The notes under the pieces were generated by a model, which had not been told where the DNA came from, made no database searches, and was given only the letters and a program-made list of their open reading frames with translations. From Octopus sinensis (taxonomy: Eukaryota), in NCBI RefSeq assembly GCF_006345805.1, contig NW_021828064.1, positions 1-35,715 of the forward strand: DNA of 35,715 nt. Direction: 5' to 3'. This document shows positions 22,534-34,854 of the stretch, piece by piece; the stretch's first letter is position 1, and each line of letters starts with the position of its first letter. A program made the translations under genes and the position numbers.

Positions 22534-22964
22534 GATGATATACAACCTGCTACCATGAAGGAAAAAATAAGAAAGGAATATTACAGGAGAATAAGACTCA
22601 TACTAAGAACTGAACTTAACTCTAAAAATCTCATCGAAGCCATTTTCACCCTGGCACTTCCAGCAGTCTAATATATAGGTTTAACATCATTAACTGAAAT
22701 CTTACAGAGCTCCAATGCCTGGAAGGAAGACAAGAAAACTTGTAACGTCTAAGAGTATGCACCACCCAAAAGCAGATGTTTATTGTCTGTACCTACCTAG
22801 AAAAAATGGGGGAAGATGAATGATGCAGGTAGAACTGTGCTACAAAACCCTCCACAATAGCAATGAACAGGTACTTATCGAGCACAGAGGATTGGACGCT
22901 GCGACTTGTGTGCAAACACGAAAGCAGCAAAAAATCACATTCGATTGTCAAGGAAGCTATGAAG
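22534..22964 (+). mobile_element. R4/Dong LINE internal fragment, third lineage
   Basis: MKEKIRKEYYRRIRLILRTELNSKNLIEAI..LALP...MHHPKADV..LYLPRKNGGR, homologous to about 20998-21260 but diverged. Confidence 0.85.
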
Positions 22965-23048
22965 CTCTAACTGTTCTGTTTGCTGGTCGCTTTTAACCCT
23001 AGTATTATACTGGTATTTTAATTTTTAACAAAGGTAATTTTTAACATA

Positions 23049-23455
23049 GGCGCAGGAGTGGCTGTGTGGTAAGTAGCTTGCTAACCAACCACATGGTTCC
23101 GGGTTCAGTCCCACTGCGTGGCATCTTGGGCAAGTGTCTTCTGCTATAGCCCCGGGCCGACCAATGCCTTGTGAGTGGATTTGGTACGGAAACTGAAATA
23201 AGCCTGTCGTATATATGTATATATAAGTAGTGTGTGTTGTAGATTTGTTTTGTGTGTCTGTGTTTGTCCCCCTAGCATTGCTTGACAACCGATGCTGGTG
23301 TGTTTGTCCCCGTCACTTAGCGGTTCGGCAAAAGAGACCGATAGAATAAGTACTGTGCTGACAAGAATAAGTCCCGGGGTCGATTTGCTCGACAAAGCGG
23401 TGCTCTAGCATGGCCGCAGTCAAATGACTGAAACAAGTAAAAGAGTAAAAGAGTA
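23049..23455 (+). mobile_element. SINE family A, full length
   Basis: Same structure as 1199-1607. Confidence 0.95.
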
Positions 23456-23467
23456 CAAGGTCGGACT

Positions 23468-23657
23468 TTTAAAGGAAGAGTTCATCGAGGGAGCCGACCC
23501 TAGAGCTTATTTTTGAAAGCCTGGTACTTATTCTATGGGATTTTCTTTTGTGCCGAACCGCTATGTCATGGGGACGGAAACAATCAGACACCAATTGTCA
23601 AGTGGGGCTGGGGGACAAACACAGACACACAAAGATACATACCAACATATATATATG

Positions 23658-23729
<72 letters not shown>

Positions 23730-23810
23730 TATATATATTATATATATATATATATATATGTATGTATATATATATGTATATATATGTATATATATACATA
23801 TATATATATT

Positions 23811-23904
<94 letters not shown>

Positions 23905-24073
23905 TAATATATATATATATACACATACATCTATACATTTACTATTAAAGCATACATACATATATTTATATAGATATATGCACACACATATGCAAGATAC
24001 CGCGCAGTAGGACTGAACCTAAGACCACGTGATTTGGAAGCAAGCTTCTTACCCACTCTGCCATGCCTGCGCC
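23468..24073 (-). mobile_element. SINE family A with internal (TA)n expanded to about 340 bp and the central domain lost
   Basis: 3' part 23468-23640, TA/CA tract 23645-23985, head 23990-24073 (ggactgaacc...atgcctgcgcc). Confidence 0.75.
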
Positions 24074-25238
24074 TATATGATAATGATAGTTTCTTACGAA
24101 GTCATAACATTGGATAAGGGTATGGTTGAATATATAGGCCCTAATATATAACTGGCATTTTATTTGATTTACTTCTTAGGAAGATAGAAATTGTCGGCGG
24201 GATTTGAACTCCATCTATAAAGTTATGTAACTCTATACTTCAAGGCTGTTTGTTCTGTGCTGCAACGATCTCAACTCTGATATTGGAAACACAATACAGT
24301 GTTGTTGTTAGCACGGTCGCTCAGTAAACAACAACAACAACAACAGCAACAACAACAACGACAAAAGCAGCAGCAACAACAACAACGATAAAAATAACAC
24401 TGAACAATATCAATAATAATTGCATAAACAAACAAATATATTTTCGATGAAAATAAAACTTCACTTCATTGAAACAATAATCAAATAACAAACCCTAATT
24501 CACGTAAGACAACTCCTCCCTTCTCGACCTCCATACCACCGCAAATATGCCCGCCACGCCAGCCCCACCACCACTTGCAGCAGCGATAACAGAAGTAGCG
24601 GCAGCAGTGCCTTCTTCTTCTTCTTTGTCTTCTTCTCCATCTCCTCCTTCTTCTCACCCTCCTACTCTTTTAGTTTGCCGTTTCCACTCTGGAATTTTCT
24701 TGTCTAAGATGTTGAAATATCAAGTCATCTTTTCAAATTCAATTATTTCTGTAGAATTTGTTCAATTTTAAAAGTTATGAGGCTTTTACGAATAAACAAC
24801 GTCACAACATACGCACATACATATATATACACAAACACATAAACACACACACATGCACAAACTACACATACATACACACTCACATACATAGAAACATATA
24901 GGCATGTATACACAACATAGACACGTGTATATGCACATGCATATATAAATATATACACATGCATATACAAACATATATAAACGCATTTAAATACACACAC
25001 AGCCATACAAAAAACTTACACATACATCTACTAACATATATACATACATATTCACATATATACAAGCATATACATATACATACAGAAATATATACACATG
25101 CATGTACAAACATATGCACATATATACAAACATATATACACATACACACACATACATATACACAAAGATATACATATTCATATACAAATACTCACACATG
25201 CATGTACAGACATACACACACATATACAAACTTATACA

Positions 25239-25392
25239 AATGCATATACAAACGTATACACATGCATATACAAACATATACACATGCATATACAAACGTA
25301 TACACATGCATATACAAACATATACACATGCATATACAAACGTATACACATGCATATACAAACATATATAGATGCATGTATACAAACGTATG
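25239..25392. repeat. 22-bp minisatellite x7 with strict G/A alternation (44-bp higher-order unit)
   Basis: catgcatatacaaac[G/A]tataca; the variant site reads G,A,G,A,G,A,G. Confidence 0.9.
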
Positions 25393-25667
25393 CCCAAACA
25401 TATAGAAACATACGCATGCGCAGCAGCCATTTCTTTCTATTGTCGTTGTACTGCATCTGTTGTTGTTGTTGTTGTTGTAGCAGTTCTTGAAGCTGCTGTT
25501 GTTGTTTTTCTGTTCGTCATCGTGACATTTTCAGATTTATTATTATACGCCGCCATTGTGTTTCGTAACAAGTTCGTGTCGAACCAACGCTGTCACAACC
25601 ACTTCGTTTCATTCACCGTTTATTCATTTTTGCATAGATCAGGTACGTACAAGCATGCGCAGGCGCG

Positions 25668-25703
<36 letters not shown>

Positions 25704-25906
25704 ATACTGAGAGTCATAGACATGTATATACACAGACACACAAGTACACTAATGCTCACTCGCACAGAGTAACGGAACCCAATATACATTCAGCCATATG
25801 TGTTCATACACACGCACACACCGATACTCACACAAAAACATAACATGTATGTATGTATGTATGTATGTATGTATGTATGTATGTATGTATGTATGTAGTA
25901 TGTATG

Positions 25907-25952
<46 letters not shown>

Positions 25953-25961
25953 ATATGGATG

Positions 25962-25999
<38 letters not shown>

Positions 26000-26125
26000 C
26001 ATGTGTGTATGCATGTGTACGAATGTGTACATATACACACGCAAATTCGTATATATATATATTACACACACAAATATATATATAGAGAGAAAGAGAGAGA
26101 TAAATAGATATAGATATACATGCAC

Positions 26126-26158
<33 letters not shown>

Positions 26159-26418
26159 CATATACACACACATATATATCGTTGCTATTATGTTAAACTG
26201 TCATATGTCCAAATTTGGCCAAATGCGTTGTTTTTCAATGTTTATATTTGCTTGCAATTGCCGGTTCTTTTGGTTAAACTATCGTATCTCCAGCTGCTTT
26301 CGATGCCAAGATTTCAAACATTGTCAGTGTAGTACAACGGTTTTGGTATGGAATGGTGAAACTATTTTTTGTTTTCTGAAAAAGTAACGTTTTGGACTTA
26401 CAACATTTTTGCATAACA

Positions 26419-26987
26419 TTGGGTTGTCCGGAAAGTTCGAGCCGATTATAGTAGCTTGCCTTCCGACTTATTTTAGAACATGGTTGAGTCCATAAAATAG
26501 GATTTGATTACACCCCCATTTAGAGCACAGTTTGAGGTATTTTTTCGTGGAAGAAGGTTTATGTTCCTATGGCCTGTGTTAATTCTGTAACCCTTGAAAA
26601 TGGAAGATAAGAAAGTTCATTTTCGGCAGGTGATGCTTTGGTAACCAGACAAAAATTGCTGCAGCTCGGCTGGGATGTGTTACCCCCCCCCCACCCCCAC
26701 CTATTGCACCAGATGCTCCTTCGGATTTCCACTTATTCAGGTCTCTGCAGATAAGTCTTAATGGTAAAAATTTCAATTCCTTGATGACGTAAAAAGATAC
26801 CTTGATGAAGTCTTTGCCATGAAACCACCTCAATTCTGGGAAGAGGGTATTTTCAAGTTAAAGGAAAGATGGAGACGCATTGTGCAACAAAATGGTTCAT
26901 ATTTGGTTGATTAAAAAGGTAATGGCAAGTATTTATTGACCTTTTTCTTTCCTTTAAAAATCGGCACGAACTTTCCGGACAACCCAA
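26419..26987 (+). mobile_element. Internally deleted mariner transposon (569 bp)
   Basis: 29-bp TIRs, 28/29 identical; ca/TA flanks; transposase relic 26600-26914: MEDKKVHFRQ // TRQKLLQLGWDVL..APSDFHLFRSLQ..FWEEGIFKLKERWRRIVQQNGSY*. Confidence 0.95.
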
Positions 26988-27308
26988 TAGTAACGATATA
27001 TATATATATCATGGTGAATGCCGGACAAAAGGGTCACATAAGTGAGCTAAGAAGAAGGGGAGATAATAAAGTAGTGGCGATCCCAAAATGAAGGTGCGCG
27101 TGCGTGTGTATAAGAGGATTTGTATGTGCGCGTGGAATAGGGCTGGTGACCTTGACGTGTGCGTGTTTGTATGTGTAGGTGTGAAAATGTGGGGCTGGGA
27201 AGTGATCAGTGCTGGTGTGTTGTGATGTGTTGTGTTGTGTGGTATGGTCTAGTGTGTGTTTTCAATATATATATCTATATCCATATCTCTATATATATAC
27301 ATGCATAC

Positions 27309-27432
27309 ACGACGGGATTCAATAAGTTTCCATCTACCAAATCCACTCACCAGGCTTTGGTCAGCCTGAGGCTATAGTAGAAGAACCATGAGGTTGGGAA
27401 GCAAGGTTCTTACTATACAGCTACGCCTGTGC

Positions 27433-27433
<1 letters not shown>
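27309..27433 (-). mobile_element. SINE family A 5' half with internal deletion
   Basis: ctaccaaatccactcaccaggctttggtc...tacagctacgcctgtgcc. Confidence 0.8.
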
Positions 27434-27469
<36 letters not shown>

Positions 27470-27826
27470 AAGCGCGCGCTTTTGTGTTGGTATTTATCTT
27501 CCCACCGCCATCAAGTTTTAAAAAATAATTACTAGGGTCGATTGTTTCGTACTAAAATCTCTCAAGGCGGTGTCCCTTGCATGGAATGATCCATTGTTTG
27601 GTCAGTTGATTTGCCGTGGATAATCCGTGAATTCCGTTGCTCTAGTTTCAAGGAACCCCCGTTTCGATCTCGAACATCACACAAGATGTTGACAATTTGT
27701 GCAAGGAATATAACAGTTTGATGTCATTACACAAACGTCGTACAGCTTTTAAAGAAACAAAGATATCTGATACCGCTGGAGTTTTGTCGCAAATATTTCT
27801 CAACTGTATCTAATTAAGTATACATA

Positions 27827-28039
27827 TGAGGCGGTACTGAAAAGTTCCTGACTTTAAAGGTAACACGAAAGGCCTGGTTGGAGGCGCCCAACCTTTCGAG
27901 TTTTTTTTTAATTTCTTTTTTTTTTATGGACCGCTGCAGTAAGTGTATGAACCTGAAAGGGGAATATGTTGAATAAAACCATAATTAACCTTTTGTATTT
28001 TCTTTTACATAAAACCAGGAACTTTTCAGCACCCCATCG
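27827..28039 (+). mobile_element. Mariner-derived MITE (213 bp), second family
   Basis: TA|tgaggcggtactgaaaagttcctg ... caggaacttttcagcaccccatcg; retains the transposase tail RCSKCMNLKGEYVE*. Confidence 0.8.
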
Positions 28040-28444
28040 GACACACCCGAAAGAAAAAAGCCTGACATATGAAAGTGACATAGGGAGTCGTGTATGTACA
28101 TATGTGTGCCTGGTACGAGTATGGTAGTGTACAACGCTTCAAGTAAATGCGAGATGTCATGGGAGTGTGACTAGATCCACAATATCATAATTAGCAGAAC
28201 AATGATTCTTGTAGCGGAGAGGAAACTGGAAAATATTTCATCAGTGAGGACCTAAATATGTGACAGAAATACCAAAGCTGTGAGAAAGCAGTAAAAACTC
28301 AACAAGTAGTGAAAGAAGCTGGTTGCTGTGCAACTAGAGTGGTTACAGCTGCATCCGGGTCTAATGCTGTGCATAAATGGACGACAAAGGGAAAAGAAAA
28401 GAGTGGGATAAAACAACCCGGACGTACATAGGAAAATAGAATCT

Positions 28445-28654
28445 GGCACAGGTGTGGCTGTTTGGCAAGAAGCCTGATTCCCAACAACGTGGTTCCGGGT
28501 TCAGTCGCACTGCGTGGCACATTGGGCAAGTGGCTTCTACTATATCCTCCTTGGGCCGACCTTCTATCATAGCCACGTGGCCGACCAAAGCCTTGAGTGG
28601 ATTTGGTAGATGGAAACTGGAAGAAGCCCGTTGCGTATATGTATATATATATAC

Positions 28655-28693
<39 letters not shown>

Positions 28694-28900
28694 CGCGGGC
28701 GTATGACTGTTTGTCTTTGTCCCGTACTACCGCTTGACAACCGGTGTTGGTTTGTCCACGTCCCCGTAACTTAGCAGTTTGGCAAGAAGCAGTGATAGAA
28801 TAAGTACCAGGGTTATTAAAATATAAGTACTTGGGTCTATTCTTTCGACTAAAATATTCTTCAAGATGGTGCCCCAGCATAGCCGCAGTCAAAAGATAAA
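28445..28900 (+). mobile_element. SINE family A, old full-length copy with a short internal duplication
   Basis: Head, central domain and tail present; cttcta..ggccgac occurs twice (about 28533-28585). Confidence 0.85.
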
Positions 28901-28992
28901 GGATTTTAAAAAATGATGTGTGTCTGTAAATTATCACCGATTCCTTGAAGGGAGTCAATCACAGAAATTTGCCGACCCCTCAAGTGAATTTA

Positions 28993-29061
28993 CTTATAAA
29001 TCGTCTGACCTCGTGGAACAATCTCATAGCGAGTGACGCTCTTCAAGTCAATCAGCATTAT
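28993..29061 (-). mobile_element. Possible mariner transposase catalytic-core relic
   Basis: IMLIDLKSVTRYEIVPRGQTIYK resembles the mariner MLxVFFDxxGVxxYExVPxGQTI segment; short and degenerate. Confidence 0.3.
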
Positions 29062-29214
29062 GTCCGCATTCCAGAGAGTCTTATGGAGACGATAACCCAA
29101 TCGAATTCGTCGCAGCCGTACTATTACTATTCACTGCTACCATGACAACAAAGTTATTCCTTCTGCAAGTATAAGTTTGAAAGCTGAGTCAAGAGAGTGG
29201 AGTACCAAGCAGAT

Positions 29215-29725
29215 CAGTGGTTCTTAACCAATGTTTACCAATGGATCCTTTTCATTACTATTCTATTCTGATGGACGTCCCCCCCAGCCATTCGATGTTT
29301 AAGAACTAGTCTTATAAGTATTTCTTTCGAAATTCTTATTCAGTTGTGTAGGTTGAACTATGTAAAATGTTAGAGAAAGGAACCTAACTGTTTCATGCAA
29401 TAGATACATTCTTTTCTATTCTAGGCACAAGGCCCGAACGTTGGGGGGAGGGGGCAGTCGATTAGATTGAGCCCAGTAAGCAACTGGTACTTAATTAATC
29501 GACCCAGAAAGGATGAAATGCAAAGTCGACCTCGGCGGAATTTGAACTCAGAACATAAAGGCAGACGATGCTATAAATACATTGAAATCAAAACTTAACA
29601 TGGACACTTAAAATACAATTATGGATCCCCAATATACTATTTCGCTTGCATGACCTCCACCCCCACCAACCCCAAATCTTATATGGACACCCAGAGGTCA
29701 TATGGCCCCCGTTTGAGAACCACTG
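29215..29725. mobile_element. hAT (Charlie-like) MITE
   Basis: TIRs cagtggttcttaacc / gtttgagaaccactg (13/15); degenerate 8-bp TSD aagcagat / gactagat; subterminal ATGGA(T/C)(C/A)C-like repeats at 29241, 29600, 29621, 29683, 29702. Confidence 0.75.
29411..29570 (-). mobile_element. SINE family B nested in the hAT MITE
   Basis: caaagtcgacctcggcggaatttgaactcagaac; TSD caatagatacatt / ctataaatacatt (11/13). Confidence 0.85.
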
Positions 29726-30165
29726 GACTAGATGAAATCTTCAGCCGGTTTAAATGCACAAATCTCTGGATGCGGCCTGGCCTTCTAAGAGTGTAAGACG
29801 TTAAAAGCCGAAACATTTGTCTTAGAGGGTTGTGTTCTTCTCTGAAGACCTCCTGCTGTTCAGCTCCCTTAAGAGTTTCTTATCCCTGATGGTTTTCAGA
29901 GCATTTCCATCAACATAAGAACAATCAAACAGCTTCTAACTTTATTCATGAAAAACGGCACAAATTTTGCGGCGACACTGTGCATCTTCTCAATCTTCCT
30001 TTTAAAAAAAAAATCAAGTGGTACACACGTCAGGAAATATCATACACAAGCAGGCGACAGTTTCCAAGGATCCCAACACGCTGTTTCATAATACTACTGG
30101 CGTTCAGACCTGTGACAATCTTCAATAGACCGCCTGCTCTCTTTGAAACTATTTTTTGGTTTTTT

Positions 30166-30506
30166 TTATGGCCCGGTTCCCACCAGGGCTGCAGCAACAA
30201 AGGTCACCATCCACTCCTCTCGGTCAAACATCCCTGCCTGACATCCTGGATGCAATCCAAGAACAATGCCTGCGATCAGGTTGTCGATGCAAGTGTGATG
30301 ACGTTTGCCGCTTCTTACATCACTACGAAGTAACTTCAACAAAACTAATTTGGGTATTCCCAGTCCAGGGCGGCGGGCGCGGTAACCAGACTGTCGTAGC
30401 CGTCTTTGACTGATCTCTCGCTAACTTTCGGCAGGTCTGTATAAAGGCATCCGTTTGTCATATGTTGCTACCATTTCAGATTTAGCTCTGGAGCCATTCC
30501 GTCTAC
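30166..30506 (-). mobile_element. RTE-clade LINE C-terminal fragment
   Basis: LNLKW*QHMTNGCLYTDLPKVSE / QRRLRQSGY..RRP..IPKLVL..TCIDNL..MFDREEW, matching the RTE W..HxTNxxLY..LP..RRLR motifs. Confidence 0.8.
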
Positions 30507-30897
30507 AGATTTTTAATATGTAGGACAAATGAACGGAGTATGACAAATCACTTTCACTAAAACAAGCCTTACGAGACCAGCTAACAAAGGATTGCTGTAT
30601 TTGAATTGCTATTAAATGGTCGTTTTTGACCTCGAGTTAGGCTTCGTTACTACTAAATATATTTACGACATAAAAAAATATATTTTTGATATATTAAATT
30701 AATTACTCTTCGTTTATATCCTCTTCATCTACAATCTTGTAGATAATATCAGCTGCGTTGGCAAGACTGTGCACATGTGTGGTTTATGTGGGTTGTGTTC
30801 ATGAGCCGTGTTTAAGTATGTATACGCGGATGTGCGAGTGCATAGACAGAGACACGGACATACACACATTCATATTTATATTTAAATATATATGTAA

Positions 30898-30899
<2 letters not shown>

Positions 30900-30946
<47 letters not shown>

Positions 30947-31189
30947 TATTTATAATCAAATATATAAGTATGTATATATACATACATAGATGTATAACAT
31001 ATATATACATATATACATTCATAGACATATATGTGCGTGCGTATATTTGTATGTGCTCCAGCATATCATATATATATATTATATGTATATATATATTATA
31101 ATATAATATATATGTATGTATATATACATGTATATGTATGTATGTATATATATGTATGTATATTATATATATAGTATATATATATATAT

Positions 31190-31221
<32 letters not shown>

Positions 31222-31222
31222 C

Positions 31223-31272
<50 letters not shown>

Positions 31273-31300
31273 TAAATTACTATATATATAAATTCATAAA
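30900..31300. repeat. (TA)n-dominated block
   Basis: Direct reading. Confidence 0.95.
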
Positions 31301-31387
31301 TAAGGGTTGAAATTTAGATATTAATTTAATAATACCACAGTTTAACACAATTGGCTTACCACATAAAACCAGGGAGACAATACAATT

Positions 31388-31745
31388 TATACATAAATAT
31401 AAGAGAGTTACCGTTAAGTGGTTAACTCTAGTGCTAAAAATAGCTCCTCATTCTGGTATAGCCGGACCGCATGGGTACTTGACGCTCGTGAGGGTCCAAT
31501 AAATTGTATCGAAGACAAATGCTGCTGATGACTTATAGATAAATATATAAGTATAATTGCATATTATATTGATAAAGAAACAATTGCTCAGCATTAATCT
31601 ATCTTTTCGTTGTATTTCACTTTCCTTACGTTGAGGGTAATGTTATTTCTTTGTGGAAACAACTTCGGTGGCTATACCAGAATGAGGAGCTATTTTTAGC
31701 ACTAGAGTTAACCACTTAACGGTAACTCTCTTATATTTATGTATA
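31388..31745. mobile_element. Perfect 76-bp inverted repeat with a 206-bp spacer; probable Penelope-like terminal structure (alternatively a MITE)
   Basis: 31388-31463 is the exact reverse complement of 31670-31745; TA tracts on both sides; hammerhead-like motif in the spacer. Confidence 0.7.
31518..31595 (+). ncRNA. Type-I hammerhead-like motif with variant core
   Basis: Stem I aatgctg/cagcatt (7 bp perfect), CTGATGA 31525-31531, AU-rich stem II, GAAA 31577-31580, palindromic CAATTG stem III, then GCT instead of GUH. Confidence 0.5.
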
Positions 31746-32384
31746 TATATATATATTATATATATATATATATTATATATATATATATATATATATGCGC
31801 ATACATGCACATATTTCATATACGTGTGTATGTAATTGGGTTCAAGAGTGTATGTATGCGTGTTTATGCGTGTGTGAGATAATGTACGATTTTGGCTTCG
31901 TTAGATAGTTCTGCGATGGATTCCAGAACACTGGTGGAAACGGTGATCAACGTGGCCGTCGTGGTTGTGGTTGAGATGATATGGCCATTATTATAGCAAT
32001 GAAAACTGATGGTGGAGATGATGGTCTGAGATGATGGCGTCGGAGCAGACAGCGATAGTATTGGTAGCGTAGGTGATGGGAGACCTAGTTGTGGAGATTG
32101 TGACCGTGTTGTTGGCAGTTATTGTAAGTGTTTGTGGTAACTGTTGATATTAAGCCCCAGGTTAGCTCCCTTCAAGTAAATATATAATAAAAAGAGTTCC
32201 GGCTGTAAGCAACCTTCCTTTTTCTCAGCAACAATAGAGAGGAGACTCATCATTAAATCAATCTTTTTTATATAAACAAATAGGTGTATAGTGAGAGATT
32301 CCGTTGCTATTTCTAGCAGGTCAAACGACCTTGTGGAGACCTCTTCACTGGGTCATGTAGTCGTAGTAAATATCATAAAGAAAA

Positions 32385-32855
32385 TGATGAAAATGAGGGC
32401 GATGATGATGATAATGAAGATGAAAATGATGAAGATGATGATGATGATGAAGAAGAGGAGAATTATATATATGTATGCATGTATGTATGAATGAATGTGT
32501 GTGTGTATGTATGTATGATAGTATATATGTACGTATTCCTGGTGGTGATGATGATAACGATGAGGAAGATGGTGTTGATGATGGTGACGAAGAGGAGGAG
32601 GGTGGTGATAGTGAAGATGATAATAGGTGATGATAATGAGGAGGAGGAAGAGGATGGTTATGGTGGTAGTAAGAATGGTGATGAGGATAATGGTGATGGT
32701 GTAAACGATGATGGTGGTGGCGATGATGACGATGATGGTGACTGTGATGAAGGGGAGAAAGAAGAGGAGATGGTGATAGTGAGGATGATGATGGTGATGT
32801 TGTGATGATGAAGATGAAGATGATGATGAGGATGATGACGATGACGTTGGTATTG
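32385..32855. repeat. Cryptic (GAT/GAG/GGT) triplet low-complexity tract
   Basis: Direct reading; source of the poly-M/D/E ORFs. Confidence 0.85.
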
Positions 32856-34154
32856 GTGGTGAAGACAGTAATACGCCCTTACGGCATTATTGCTGAACAG
32901 AAATGGAGAGAGCGAGAGACTAAAGATACACACACACGCGCACACACACACACGCACACACACACAAGCACACACACATGCACACACACAACACACACAC
33001 ACAAGCACACCACACCACAAAAAGGGGCAAAATGACAGCCATATTTAATCCAGTATATATATATATATATATATATTCTATATATATATATATAATATTA
33101 TATATATATAGATATATATATATATATTATTATATATATTCATACACACCCATATATATACACACACATGCACACACACATATATATATATACATTCGAC
33201 ATACACGACTAGCTGGGTGTGTGTGTGTCTATGAGTGTATGTATTGGTTTAAAAATGTCTCTCTCCTTCTCAATCCGTCTTTCCTGCTCTCTCACTTTCC
33301 CATACTTACATCTCTTCATTAATATCATAAGCTGGCTGGTTGTGTATATATGTGTTGTGTGTGTATATATACATACACAAACTCACATATCCCAGGGACA
33401 CAATCTTCTCTCTCTCTCTCTCTCTGTATATATACATATATTTATAAATTTATATTACATATATATATATAAATATACGTGTATACGTCTGTATGTACGT
33501 ACGTATTTCTGCATGTATGTACGTACGTACGTACATATGTACGCATATATGTATGTATGCCTGTCTATTAGTATATATGTGTACAAGAGGTAAATGCTTG
33601 TCTTTGTGTGCCATCATGAATATACAATCTATATGTACGTGGTGTATGCCTGTATGCTGTATGTATAATATATCACTATAAAGGTACGTAATTTTCCCTC
33701 TTCACTCCTCTTCTCGCACACACACTCACCTCATTTACCTTGTACAAATCACTAGTTGGCTCACTTAATCGTTCGTCTATTTCTCTTAATACACGATCCA
33801 GTGTTCACAGCTAATCACATCTAATAGAAATATATATTTGCTGTTCGTTTGTCTCTCTCCAATGCCGCCTCTCTAAGCTCATTTATCATCATTATATATA
33901 TATCTACATTCTCACGCACACACCTCAGTCCATACACATACATGCACGCACATACGGCTTGTCTCCCCTCTCTCTCTCTCCCTTCCACCCATCGTTAGTC
34001 AACAATAACTGCAATGATGCCGCCATATTGCTGTTGCTTTTCAGACGAACAACGATCACAATTCTCAATGCACCCTCACCGCTTCTTCACTCCTCCACCA
34101 CATCACTATCGTTAACATCTCCACCGCCGTCATACATGGATTCAGGCTTTTTAT

Positions 34155-34261
34155 AGTAGTAGTAGTAGTAGTAGTAGTGGCAGCAGCAGCAGCATCAGTA
34201 GAAATAGTAGTAGTATTAGTAGTAGTAGTGGCAGCAGCAGCAGCAGTAGAAATAGTAGAAA

Positions 34262-34302
<41 letters not shown>

Positions 34303-34326
34303 CCACCACCAGCAGCAGCAGTAGCA

Positions 34327-34358
<32 letters not shown>

Positions 34359-34365
34359 TTAAGTA
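34155..34365. repeat. (TAG)n with (GCA)n inserts, block-duplicated
   Basis: tagtagtggcagcagcagcagca..gtagaaatagtag occurs twice. Confidence 0.9.
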
Positions 34366-34814
34366 GTGGTGGCTGTGGTGACGGTGATGGTATTTTATAA
34401 AGTAAAATTGATAAACACGTCTTTATCCTTCCCGATGACCAGAGACCGGAATTTCAATGACAGCCATCTTGGTTTTGGTTCTCTCCTTTCTTTCTTTTTT
34501 TCGTTCCCTCCTTCCATCTATCCTTCCTTCCTAACTGGCTCTCCCTTCCTTTATAAACTTCTTGTTTTCTGTCTTTCTTTTCTGTTTTTAGCTTCTTTTT
34601 CTTCCCTTCTTAAGTTCTCTCCTTTTTGTCGTTCTTGCTTTCATTTGTATTTGTTATTATTGTTGTTACCGTTGTTGTTCTTGTTACTTACCATCAACGA
34701 GCTCACTTTCAACTGTTTTAACATTCTGTAGAAAGAAAGTATAAAAGACTCACTTTATATATATGTACAAACACGCCACTTTTCAACGCCTCATCCAACA
34801 CACACACGCACATA

Positions 34815-34854
<40 letters not shown>

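Noticed and set aside
27010-27280. GT-rich segment that may be a Penelope-associated repeat
   Set aside because: No ORF, hammerhead or second copy in the window to support it
28270-28430. Tc1-like N-terminus (KTQQVVKEAGC)
   Set aside because: The match is too short, with no TIR or continuing homology
29781-29830. Hammerhead-like 3' half GAAACatttGTC
   Set aside because: The upstream core is ctaaga (G missing), and stems I and II do not pair
31880-32150. Thr/Ser/Ile-rich minus-strand frames
   Set aside because: Decayed ACC/ATC triplet sequence with stops in all frames
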